64,000 nt of DNA. Source: Desulfobacteraceae bacterium (GTDB taxonomy: Bacteria > Desulfobacterota > Desulfobacteria > Desulfobacterales > Desulfosalsimonadaceae). The notes below the pieces were generated by a model, which saw only the letters and a list, made by a program, of their open reading frames with translations, did no database searches and had not been told where the DNA came from. The stretch is taken from NCBI GenBank assembly GCA_011389515.1, contig JAABUA010000002.1, forward strand, positions 28,839 through 92,838, read 5' to 3'. Within the stretch, counting starts at the first letter, position 1, and every line of letters begins with the position of its first letter. Shown piece after piece: positions 27,808-36,376 of this stretch. Made by a program: the position numbers and the translations under genes.

Positions 27808-29980
27808 TGCTTTTCCTCTCCGTGGCCGGCTTCAGCCGAATGATAAATGTGGTGCCATGTCTGTCCGATGTTATATCCGTATTCGATTCGCATTCGATTG
27901 TTCCTCCGTATCGGCTGATAATACCGTAGCTGACGAAAAGGCCAAGTCCGGTGCCCTCCCCCTCCGGCTTGGTGGTATAAAAAGGATCGAAAATGCGGTT
28001 GATATCTTTTCCGTCAATGCCCGTGCCGGTATCTGATAGAGCGATGACCACCCTTTGGTTCGACTCATCCATGCGTCCGGATATAACCAGCATTCCGCCG
28101 TCGGGCATGGCGGATATGGCATTGTTGATGATGTTCAGAAAAACCTGCTGAAACTGCCTGAAATCTCCGATAACCGCCGGAAGGGGATCGGGCAGGTGCA
28201 TGTCCAGTTCAATATCATTCATATCAAGGGTATGTTTGACGATTTTCACCACTTCCCGGATACATTTTTTGATATCGGCGGTTTCAGACGTTTCTTCCCC
28301 GTGGCGGGCAAAGCTGAGCAGGTTTTCCACGATCTGCTTGCAGTGAAGTCCCTGACGCTCAATGGTTTTCAGGTCTTCGTAGTCCTGGCCTTCCGGGTCG
28401 GTGCTGCGGATCAGGAGATCTGAAAATCCGAGTATCACCCCAAGCGGATTGTTGATTTCGTGTGCCACGCCTGCCGCCAGGGTTCCCAGGGAGGCAAGTT
28501 TTTCAGCATTAATCAGCCGGCTTTCCAGGTTTTTCTGCTCCGTAATATCCCTTGCGATGCACAAAACAGCGCTGACATCCCCTTTTTTGTCCTTTAGTGG
28601 AATGAAATTGGCGCTGATCCATGTGCGTCCGACCGTTTTTGAGATTTCAACAATATCGCTTACACTTTTTTTCTCCAAAAACACCCGTCTTGCGCGTTCG
28701 AATATTTTTTCCGCAGTCTGCTCCGGAAACAGTGATGAAAGCGGCATATCTATGAAAATGTCCGGTTCTTTCCCGAAAAAACCGGCGGTAAACGGGTTGA
28801 GAGATTGAAAATGGCCTTTTCTGCTTATGGTGAAAATAAAATCTTCCGCACTCTCCACAAGCGATCGGTACTTTTCTTCGGATCGCCTCAGGGCATGCGT
28901 CCGGTCGTTCACCTCGATTTCGAGAGAACGGGACCAGCGTTTTTCAAGAAACAACACGGCACAAGCTGCTGAAACGATGGCAATGAGCAGAAGCACCTGC
29001 AGCAAAAGCTGGCGATGATTGGCATTTTTGACCAACCCCTCGATTTCTGATGTCGGTGCGACCACCGCAATGGACCATGTTCGGGGAGAATGCCCCTGCA
29101 GGCGGATGGGCGTGTAGGCGATCAGCTTCTTCAGCTTGCCGGTTACGCCCCTGTGCCATCCCGATTCATAAGACCCGGTGCCCTCCAGCCCCCGGAGCAT
29201 TTTTTCCTGCTGGATGAAGTTGATGGTATAAAAGGAGAGTCCCGGGTCTTCCTCCCTTCTGACATTGAAGGCGTCCCTGCCAATGAATTCGGTCTTCGGG
29301 TGAAACAGAAAGCGACCGTCTTCGCTTATTATCCAGGCATATCCGGTTTTGCCGGATTGGATCCCCTTTGCGAACGGGCTTAAAAACCATGACACATTGA
29401 TGTCAAAAATAATGAGTCCTTTCTGCGGACCCGGCAGAAGGGCTGCCATGAAAAGGGTAAGGCGGGACGAATCGTTAACAGGACTGGAAAACCATACCGT
29501 ATCCGAAGACAGTTCTTCTGGATCGGGCAAAAACGAAAACTCCTCCTTCGAAGATGTCCAGTAATCGTTATATATGTAGTGGTAGGCTTTTTGATTTTTT
29601 GCATCAGCATCAATGATCAGTATTTTCCGCACCCCGCTCTCAACCACCCGGGCAAAATTTTTCTGCATGACCGGCTGCATCGCGTCAGGGTCGAATATGT
29701 ACGGGGTGCTTCGGTCTGATTGCGGTCCATCAGGTATGATTTCCCGGCTGATAAGCTTCAGTTCTTTTTCAAGAAACCCCAATTCTCTTTCAACGAGCAA
29801 GGCGACATTCCGTGCAATGACCAGCTGCTCCTCATTAAATTGCCGGCTGACGATGTTTCGAATTTCTGCGGTATGCCACAGGCCGAGCGCAATCGATGCC
29901 AGGATGAACAGGGACGCAACGGATACGGTGATAAAAATCGCGCTGCGTTCCATCTTTGTTCGGCGAAAAGGGCTCTGCAT
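27782..29980 (-). CDS. Sensor histidine kinase (TM, Cache-like periplasmic domain, TM, PAS, HisKA, HATPase)
   Basis: H-box [11 protein letters not shown]; INNAISAM, DTGTGI, GTGLGLF. A periplasmic region of about 300 aa has a Cache-like segment (GYAWIISEDGRFLFHP). Overlaps the NtrC-type gene by 26 nt. Confidence 0.9.
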   Translation of the reverse strand: MQSPFRRTKMERSAIFITVSVASLFILASIALGLWHTAEIRNIVSRQFNEEQLVIARNVALLVERELGFLEKELKLISREIIPDGPQSDRSTPYIFDPDAMQPVMQKNFARVVESGVRKILIIDADAKNQKAYHYIYNDYWTSSKEEFSFLPDPEELSSDTVWFSSPVNDSSRLTLFMAALLPGPQKGLIIFDINVSWFLSPFAKGIQSGKTGYAWIISEDGRFLFHPKTEFIGRDAFNVRREEDPGLSFYTINFIQQEKMLRGLEGTGSYESGWHRGVTGKLKKLIAYTPIRLQGHSPRTWSIAVVAPTSEIEGLVKNANHRQLLLQVLLLIAIVSAACAVLFLEKRWSRSLEIEVNDRTHALRRSEEKYRSLVESAEDFIFTISRKGHFQSLNPFTAGFFGKEPDIFIDMPLSSLFPEQTAEKIFERARRVFLEKKSVSDIVEISKTVGRTWISANFIPLKDKKGDVSAVLCIARDITEQKNLESRLINAEKLASLGTLAAGVAHEINNPLGVILGFSDLLIRSTDPEGQDYEDLKTIERQGLHCKQIVENLLSFARHGEETSETADIKKCIREVVKIVKHTLDMNDIELDMHLPDPLPAVIGDFRQFQQVFLNIINNAISAMPDGGMLVISGRMDESNQRVVIALSDTGTGIDGKDINRIFDPFYTTKPEGEGTGLGLFVSYGIISRYGGTIECESNTDITSDRHGTTFIIRLKPATERKSNVENSDHR

Positions 29981-30234
29981 ACGTCGTGCTCCCTGTGTCC
30001 ATCTTTCTTATGTGGTCATGGTTTTGGTAACCCGCCTGTTCCTTTCAATACGCTTTTTTCTGCCGGGGATCTATAAAAAAAGATGACAGCCCATTGCTTT
30101 TGTCAACCAGGATATTACACCAGTGTCCACTTCCGGAGGACACTTTTTCTGCAAGCCTTTTTCCCGCGTTTGGTTTTTTATTATAACTATTTGAAATTCA
30201 ATATAATAAATTATTTATCAAATGCCATCGGATA

Positions 30235-30249
30235 TGGCACGACCTTTGA
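30235..30249 (+). promoter_or_regulatory. Sigma-54 (-24/-12) promoter candidate
   Basis: TGGCACG-ACCT-TTGA: a perfect -24 element with correct spacing, but -12 reads TTGA rather than TTGC. It lies 58 nt upstream of the ATG at 30307. Confidence 0.45.
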
Positions 30250-30306
30250 AATGATAGATAGCGCATTCCCGTACAAACCGAAAAAGAGAAAAGGGAGGCG
30301 AAATAT

Positions 30307-30837
30307 ATGATGAAAATTCCAGGTCGAAAAATCATCAAGCACTTTTTAAATGAAAGGAAACCGGGCATGGATGCGGAAAAAGAGATGAAATTGATGCTCG
30401 TCGATGATGAAGAGCGCTTTTTATATGCAATGGAGAAATTGCTGACCAAAAAGGGCTATGACATCCAGACAGCATCCAGCGGGGAACAATGTCTCGATAT
30501 TCTATCAAAAAATCGCATCCATGTGGTCATACTCGATGTCAAAATGCCGGGGTTGGATGGATTGGAGACACTCAGAAGGATAAAACAGCAGTATCCGCTG
30601 GTCGAGGTAATTCTGTTGACCGGTCACGGCACGGTGGAATCTGCTGTGGATGGTCTGAAATGCGGTGCCTCTGATTTTTTAATGAAACCGATCAGCGCTT
30701 CTGATCTGCTGGACCGGGTAAAAGATGCTTTTGCCCGCAGTCGCGCGGTGGAAGCCAAGATTGATGAGGCACGCTCCCGCAGATTCATGCAGCAGTCTCC
30801 CCGTGACATCTTGAATGATGCGGATGCAAAGGAATAA
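30307..30837 (+). CDS. Single-domain response regulator (REC plus a charged helical tail), module 1
   Basis: GGGAGG RBS 8 nt before the ATG. LMLVDDEERF, VVILDVKMPGLDG, VILLTGHG and FLMKP motifs. An alternative start at 30367 is possible. Confidence 0.85.
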   Translation: MMKIPGRKIIKHFLNERKPGMDAEKEMKLMLVDDEERFLYAMEKLLTKKGYDIQTASSGEQCLDILSKNRIHVVILDVKMPGLDGLETLRRIKQQYPLVEVILLTGHGTVESAVDGLKCGASDFLMKPISASDLLDRVKDAFARSRAVEAKIDEARSRRFMQQSPRDILNDADAKE

Positions 30838-30843
30838 GGCTTG

Positions 30844-32601
30844 ATGGAGCCACGCAAAAGTGCGGATAGGGAAAACATGAACAATACCGATGCCCGGATG
30901 CGTAAAACTGTTCTTTTCAGTATGATCCTCGTCCCGGTGATTCCGTTTGCGCTGGTGATTTTGGTTGGGTATTTTTACTCGGCGTTTACCATTGAAGCAA
31001 GAACGGTCGAGTCTCTGCAGCGGATTGTGAATGACCACAGGCAGATGATCGATACGTTTCTCCGGGAGCGCCGAACGAACCTGGAATTCGTCATTAACAC
31101 CAATTCTTTCGAATCGCTCAGCCGACCGCACAATCTGGCCTTTGTGTACGATAACCTTCGGGGAATATCCAACGCTTTCGTGGATTTGGGCGTCTTTAAC
31201 GAAGAGGGTCTACATGTCGCATATCATGGTCCGCACCAGTTGAGTGGTAAAATATACAAGGACGAACCCTGGTTCATGGAGGTTATTCAAAACGGCGTGC
31301 ATATAAGCGACGTGTTTCTTGGCTTCAGGGGATATCCGCACTTCATTATTGCGGTTGCCAGAAAGGAAAACGGGAAGATATGGGTTCTTCGGGCGACCAT
31401 CGATACCTATATATTCAACGATATGGTCGGACGCATTCGCATCGGCAAAAGCGGTGAAGCATATATCATCAACAAAGACGGCATTTTTCAGACGGCGCCC
31501 TTTGCCGGTGAATTTCTGCTTCAGCAAGATCCGAACCGGGCGCTGTATCTGAGGCGTCACGAAGGCATTAAAACGTTTATTGGCAATCAGAATTTTATCG
31601 GGATCTCCCTGCCATACATGCCAGGGGATATTTACCTGTATGCCACAACCTGGCTGGAAGAAAAACCATGGTTGATGGTGGTGCGCCAGGAAAAACAAGA
31701 CGCCTTTCGAAACCTCCGTTTTGCAATGTATTTAATCGCGGTCATCGCGATTGCGGGTCTGGCAGCGATTATCGGTCTTGCCTTCCAGCAGACCGGCCGG
31801 GTGGTGCGCCGGATCAAGCGGATGGATGCGGAGAAAAAAGGCCTTGAAAATCAGTTGATCCGGGCGACGCGCCTTGCCGAACTGGGGCAGATGGCCGCCG
31901 GTTTCGCCCATGAAATCAACAACCCCCTTCAGGTTATCCGCAGTGAACAGGCACTTATGGAATTTATCATAACAGAGATAAAGGAAATGCAAGAAAATGC
32001 AGATGAATCATCCTTTGCAGAGCTGGAAGATTCGATTCACCAGATGACCATCCAGATAAACCGGTGCGCCCATATTACACAGGCGATATTGAATTTTGGC
32101 CGGTATACCGAGCCGGACATGGAAAATATTCGACTCAGTGATTTTGTTGGCGAGATAATCGTCATGATATCCCGCAAAGCCGCCGTCCATGGCATCTCTG
32201 TAAACCAGCGCATCGCGGATGACACACCGTTGATATACGGAGACAAGGGGCAGTTGCAGCAGGTTCTGCTCAACCTGCTGAATAATGCCATCGATGCCGT
32301 TATTGAAAAACACGGATCAAAGGAGGGTGAAGTCCTGATCTATGCCGGAAGGACCGAAGACGGTCATGTCGAGGTTTCGGTGCAGGATAACGGCGCAGGT
32401 ATCAGCGCGGAAAATTTTGACAAAATCTTCACTCCCTTTTTCACCACCAAGCCGCCGGGCAAGGGCACAGGGCTTGGGTTGTCGGTCTGCTACGGAATCG
32501 TGGAAAACCTTGGCGGCAAAATGTCTGTGAGCAGCCATGAAGATGTCGGCACGACGTTCACCATATGGTTTCCAGCGGCGGAAAACAAGAGCGCCCAATA
32601 A
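30844..32601 (+). CDS. Sensor histidine kinase with a Cache/PDC-like periplasmic domain, module 1
   Basis: Two TM segments flank about 240 aa (..[34 protein letters not shown]..). H-box [11 protein letters not shown]; [21 protein letters not shown]. There is no HAMP or PAS between TM2 and HisKA. Confidence 0.9.
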   Translation: MEPRKSADRENMNNTDARMRKTVLFSMILVPVIPFALVILVGYFYSAFTIEARTVESLQRIVNDHRQMIDTFLRERRTNLEFVINTNSFESLSRPHNLAFVYDNLRGISNAFVDLGVFNEEGLHVAYHGPHQLSGKIYKDEPWFMEVIQNGVHISDVFLGFRGYPHFIIAVARKENGKIWVLRATIDTYIFNDMVGRIRIGKSGEAYIINKDGIFQTAPFAGEFLLQQDPNRALYLRRHEGIKTFIGNQNFIGISLPYMPGDIYLYATTWLEEKPWLMVVRQEKQDAFRNLRFAMYLIAVIAIAGLAAIIGLAFQQTGRVVRRIKRMDAEKKGLENQLIRATRLAELGQMAAGFAHEINNPLQVIRSEQALMEFIITEIKEMQENADESSFAELEDSIHQMTIQINRCAHITQAILNFGRYTEPDMENIRLSDFVGEIIVMISRKAAVHGISVNQRIADDTPLIYGDKGQLQQVLLNLLNNAIDAVIEKHGSKEGEVLIYAGRTEDGHVEVSVQDNGAGISAENFDKIFTPFFTTKPPGKGTGLGLSVCYGIVENLGGKMSVSSHEDVGTTFTIWFPAAENKSAQ

Positions 32602-32652
32602 GTCAATACAGGAATTGCATGGACCTGGAAACATCTTTCTAAGGAGGAAATC

Positions 32653-32787
32653 ATGAGCCGGAGTTTTCGAAAAATTTTTAAAACCGGTGTGATCCGCATA
32701 CCGGCCAGAATCGAACGAACCTTTTTCTTCTGGGCAACCATAATCGCCGTCACGACATATCTGGCAAACCGTTTTTTTGCCTATTAA
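32653..32787 (+). CDS. Small ORF (44 aa) absent from the supplied track; predicted single-pass membrane peptide
   Basis: AAGGAGG RBS 5 nt (AAATC) upstream of the ATG. MSRSFRKIFKTGVIRIPARIERTFFFWATIIAVTTYLANRFFAY: a basic N-terminus followed by one hydrophobic helix. It lies between the kinase and the permease and is below the 60-aa cutoff of the ORF track. Confidence 0.5.
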   Translation: MSRSFRKIFKTGVIRIPARIERTFFFWATIIAVTTYLANRFFAY

Positions 32788-32827
32788 AAGGGGTTTTCTG
32801 AAACAAAACAGATGAAAGGAGGAGATA

Positions 32828-34684
32828 ATGTCGCAAACCGAAGAAGCAAGGACGAAACCGTCAGGCTATGACAAGTATATTAACTGGAAGCTTTTCGCAA
32901 TCCCACTTGTCCTTCTGATTCTGATCCTTTCGATGCCCGTTCCCCAAAGCATGCTGGATGTCGGAGTGGAATACTCCATGGGGGAGAAATATGTTAAAGA
33001 ATATTTTTCACAGGAGCTTTTCGAACAGCCCCTGCCTGAGTTGGCGCAGTGGCAGGTCCAGATGGTTCGAATGATGAATCAGCATGTGCAGATGTCTTCT
33101 TTCAGCCAGAAAGCCTTTCTGGCCAGAAACGAATCCTGGCTGAACAGAAACGATATTCCTACGAACCCGGCACACCTGGAAAAAGTTCGTGAGCGGGCAG
33201 CGCAGATCCCCGAGGACCGCTTTGTAAGCCTGCTGATGGAGGGGCATAAACTGCAGACCGAAACATTGACGTATGAAAACCTGGGCGAAGCGGAGAAAAA
33301 GGCGGCCAGAAAAGCGGCATTTCATGTAAAAGTGGGGGTAGGCATCGTCGTCTTCGTGGTCCTGTGTTTTGTCACCGAAGCCATGCCGCTGCCCATGGTT
33401 GCATTTTGTATCGGTATTATCGCCATGTTGACCGGGGTTGTTACAAGGGCAAATGTGTCCATGCTCTACTGGTCGGATGCCACATGGTTTATTATGGGGA
33501 GCCTCATGTTTGCCACGGCATTTGTCAAAACCGGCGTGGACAGGCAGATTGCCATGGCCATGTTCGGCAGAATGAAAAATGCGGATGTTAAATGGATCTC
33601 GTTGGTCATTGTGCTGGTCATTGCCCCGTTGACCATGTTTATGTCCGATCATGCCCTGGCAGCCATGTTTCTTCCCATCGGGATTCTATTGTATACGACG
33701 ACCGTCAGTGCGACCGGAAACGAAGACCCCGAGCTTGCCAAGATGCTGATGATAACGATTGCCATGGCCGCCAATCTGGGAGGGTCACTGGCACCGTCCG
33801 GCGCGGCCAGAAATATCATCATGATGGGGTATACCGAGGAAATGTTCAACCTGCAGATTACATTCATGCAATGGGTCATGTATTGCGCGCCTTTTCTTCT
33901 TTTTCTGATGCCCATCACCTGGATTGTCATCAATTGGCGCTTTAAACCTGTGGAACGGGATATGGCGAGGGCTTTGGGCGTTGTAAAGCGTGAAGTCGGG
34001 AAAAGCGGCGGCTGGACTCGTCCGCAGATTATTTCATTGATCATTTTTATCGTGATGTTTCTGGGCTGGGTTACGGAAAGCAACATTTTAAGAGATCTGA
34101 TCGGAGTCCGCCTTGGCATCGGCACCGTGGCCGTAATGGGCGGTGTCGCATATATTCTGGCGGGCGTGGTAAACTGGCGGGATTACCAGACCAAGGTGGA
34201 CTGGGGGGTTGTCTGGCTATATGCCGGGGCGATTATTTTCGGCAGGGTGCTGGTGGATACAGGCGGGGCATACTGGATTGCGCGGACGCTTCTTTTGATC
34301 ACCGAGCCCCTTGGATTAGGGCAAGGCCTTGGCCTGCTGTTGTCCGGCAATGTCATCACCGGTCTTATGACGCAGCTCATGGCAGACGGCCCGGCCTGTG
34401 CAGCCGTGGGGCCGGTTACGCTCTCCATGGCGGGTATCGCCCACCCGGGCACCGCGATGATCCCGTTTGTGGCAATGGGTACTTCCATCGCCTCTTCTTT
34501 TGCATACATGCTGGTAATCGGTACGCCGCCCAATGCCATTGTTTATGCCAGCGGCTATCTCCATGCAAGGGATTACCTTCGTGTCGGCGTAATCCTGTGG
34601 TTTACCAACATGGCGGGCCTGCTGCTTCTGGCGTCAACGTACTGGCGGTGGATGGGATTCGGCGATCTTCCGATGCCTTTTTAA
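32828..34684 (+). CDS. DASS/SLC13-type (ion-transporter superfamily) anion permease with an extra N-terminal TM and a 125-aa loop, module 1
   Basis: 618 aa, polytopic. Hairpin-type motifs AMAANLGGSLAPSGAARN and VIGTPPNAIVYASGY are typical of DASS/CitMHS/ArsB-like permeases. GGAGGAG RBS. Confidence 0.8.
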   Translation: MSQTEEARTKPSGYDKYINWKLFAIPLVLLILILSMPVPQSMLDVGVEYSMGEKYVKEYFSQELFEQPLPELAQWQVQMVRMMNQHVQMSSFSQKAFLARNESWLNRNDIPTNPAHLEKVRERAAQIPEDRFVSLLMEGHKLQTETLTYENLGEAEKKAARKAAFHVKVGVGIVVFVVLCFVTEAMPLPMVAFCIGIIAMLTGVVTRANVSMLYWSDATWFIMGSLMFATAFVKTGVDRQIAMAMFGRMKNADVKWISLVIVLVIAPLTMFMSDHALAAMFLPIGILLYTTTVSATGNEDPELAKMLMITIAMAANLGGSLAPSGAARNIIMMGYTEEMFNLQITFMQWVMYCAPFLLFLMPITWIVINWRFKPVERDMARALGVVKREVGKSGGWTRPQIISLIIFIVMFLGWVTESNILRDLIGVRLGIGTVAVMGGVAYILAGVVNWRDYQTKVDWGVVWLYAGAIIFGRVLVDTGGAYWIARTLLLITEPLGLGQGLGLLLSGNVITGLMTQLMADGPACAAVGPVTLSMAGIAHPGTAMIPFVAMGTSIASSFAYMLVIGTPPNAIVYASGYLHARDYLRVGVILWFTNMAGLLLLASTYWRWMGFGDLPMPF

Positions 34685-34699
34685 TACCGGGAGGTAACA

Positions 34700-35230
34700 A
34701 TGCAGTCAATGGATCGAACAGCATTCCGGTCGAAAGGGACCGGTTTTTACAGGGACGTGGTGAAGATTCTCCTTTATCCGGGACAATTTTATGCGGCAAT
34801 GCCGGATTTGAAACAAAAGAGGGAGGCTGTCGCCTTTTTATGCATCTGTGTGGTCATATACAGCGCTGCGGCGACAATTTTCGCCTATGAAAACCATTTT
34901 TTTTATTTTTTTATGTTTCTGGCAAATGGGTTGCTTATCCCCATTGTCACGTTTGCGGCTTTGTTTTTGGTTCTTTTCATGACAGGTGCAGGAAGAACCG
35001 GGCATGCAGCAGCACTATGCATTGTCGCATATGCCGGCGTAAGCCTGTTGTTTGCCTGGATACCGGGGATGGCTCCTTTTGCTGAAATTTATAAATACTA
35101 CCTGGTCGGTCTGGGCCTTGTAAAGGCCGGGAAAATGAGTCTGGCAAGGGCGATTGCGACACTTTTGGGAACAATCGCATTGTTATGGCTGGTGCTGCAT
35201 TTTGCACAAATCCTGACCGGGAACGCCTGA
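34700..35230 (+). CDS. Yip1-like five-TM membrane protein
   Basis: 176 aa with about 5 hydrophobic helices and a Yip1-like N-terminal segment (FYRDVVKILLYPGQFY). GGGAGG RBS, 15 nt after the permease stop. Confidence 0.5.
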   Translation: MQSMDRTAFRSKGTGFYRDVVKILLYPGQFYAAMPDLKQKREAVAFLCICVVIYSAAATIFAYENHFFYFFMFLANGLLIPIVTFAALFLVLFMTGAGRTGHAAALCIVAYAGVSLLFAWIPGMAPFAEIYKYYLVGLGLVKAGKMSLARAIATLLGTIALLWLVLHFAQILTGNA

Positions 35231-35291
35231 AAGGAATAATTCTTTCCGATCGGCCCATTGCGGCATATATGATTATACAGGAGGAAAAGCA

Positions 35292-36218
35292 ATGAGTGAT
35301 AAAATAAAGGTGTTGATGGTTGATGATGAAGAGCGGTTTCGGGAAACCACCGAAAAGATCCTCAGGAAAAAGGGGTTTGATACGATACTGGCGGCAACCG
35401 GGGAGCAAGCCCTGGATAAGTTGGCGGAAGCCCCGGACGTGGTGGTGTTGGATGTCAAGATGCCGGGCATGGACGGGCACCAGGTGCTGCGGGAAATAAA
35501 AGAAAGGAATCCGGATATGCCGGTCATCATGCTCACCGGCCACGGCAAGAAACCTTCGGCAAGGATCGCACTGGAGCAGGGGGCATTTGATTATCTTACC
35601 AAGCCGTGCGATATTAACGTGTTATCTGCAAAAATCCATGAAGCATGCCATTATTCCGGTGTCGATCACCCTGAAGAGGAAAAGCGGGTGCGTGACATTA
35701 TGGTTCCCATAATGGATTACACCACCATAAAAGAGGATGAATCCATCGGCGAGGCTTTCCGGAAACTCCGCGAATCATTTTCACTGGCCGCATGCACCAA
35801 CCGCCTGATGGAAACGGGACATCGCTCCATCCTGGTATTTGACCGGCAGGGCAACATGAAGGGAATCCTGTCCATCCGAAATGTCCTGGAAGGGATAATG
35901 CCGGCCTACCTTTCCGCCCCGAGGCCTTCCATGGCGGACGGTATACAGTATTCCCCCATGTTCTGGGGCGGCGCATTCAACAGAGAGATACGGGAGCTGG
36001 CGGATAAAAAGGTCAGCCGGATCATGTCGCCTGCCCCCCCGGTAATCCGTGACGACGCAAACCTGATGGAAGCGGCGTACATGATGGTAACTCAAAATTA
36101 CCGGAGAATGGCGGTGATCCAAAAGGAAACCGTGGTGGGCGTCATTCGGGAACAGGACCTGTTCTTCGAGATGGAAAAGGTGCTGCGATCAAGCCGAAGG
36201 GAAAAAGATGTGCCATAG
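35292..36218 (+). CDS. Response regulator with a CBS-pair output domain (REC-CBS)
   Basis: VLMVDDEERF, VVVLDVKMPGMDG, VIMLTGHG and YLTKP motifs, then two CBS-like repeats (VRDIMVPIMDYTTI...; VSRIMSPAPPVIRDDANLMEAAYMM...MAV). AGGAGG RBS. Confidence 0.85.
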   Translation: MSDKIKVLMVDDEERFRETTEKILRKKGFDTILAATGEQALDKLAEAPDVVVLDVKMPGMDGHQVLREIKERNPDMPVIMLTGHGKKPSARIALEQGAFDYLTKPCDINVLSAKIHEACHYSGVDHPEEEKRVRDIMVPIMDYTTIKEDESIGEAFRKLRESFSLAACTNRLMETGHRSILVFDRQGNMKGILSIRNVLEGIMPAYLSAPRPSMADGIQYSPMFWGGAFNREIRELADKKVSRIMSPAPPVIRDDANLMEAAYMMVTQNYRRMAVIQKETVVGVIREQDLFFEMEKVLRSSRREKDVP

Positions 36219-36376
36219 ATAACTTCAAAATTCGCGGTATTTTTTTGAAATATAAAGATTCTCGGGCCTTGATGGATTCATCTTGACAAATATTTCAAAT
36301 TTTGGTTTAACAACACCTTTTGCGGCCTTGGGAAGGTGCGTTTTTGAAGCCATAAACCCTAAAGACCGGTACAATA

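Noticed and set aside
30367-30369. Alternative downstream start (MDAEKEMKLMLVDDE) for the module 1 REC gene
   Set aside because: The upstream ATG at 30307 has the better Shine-Dalgarno (GGGAGG, 8-nt spacing), so it is kept as the call. Either start leaves the REC domain intact.
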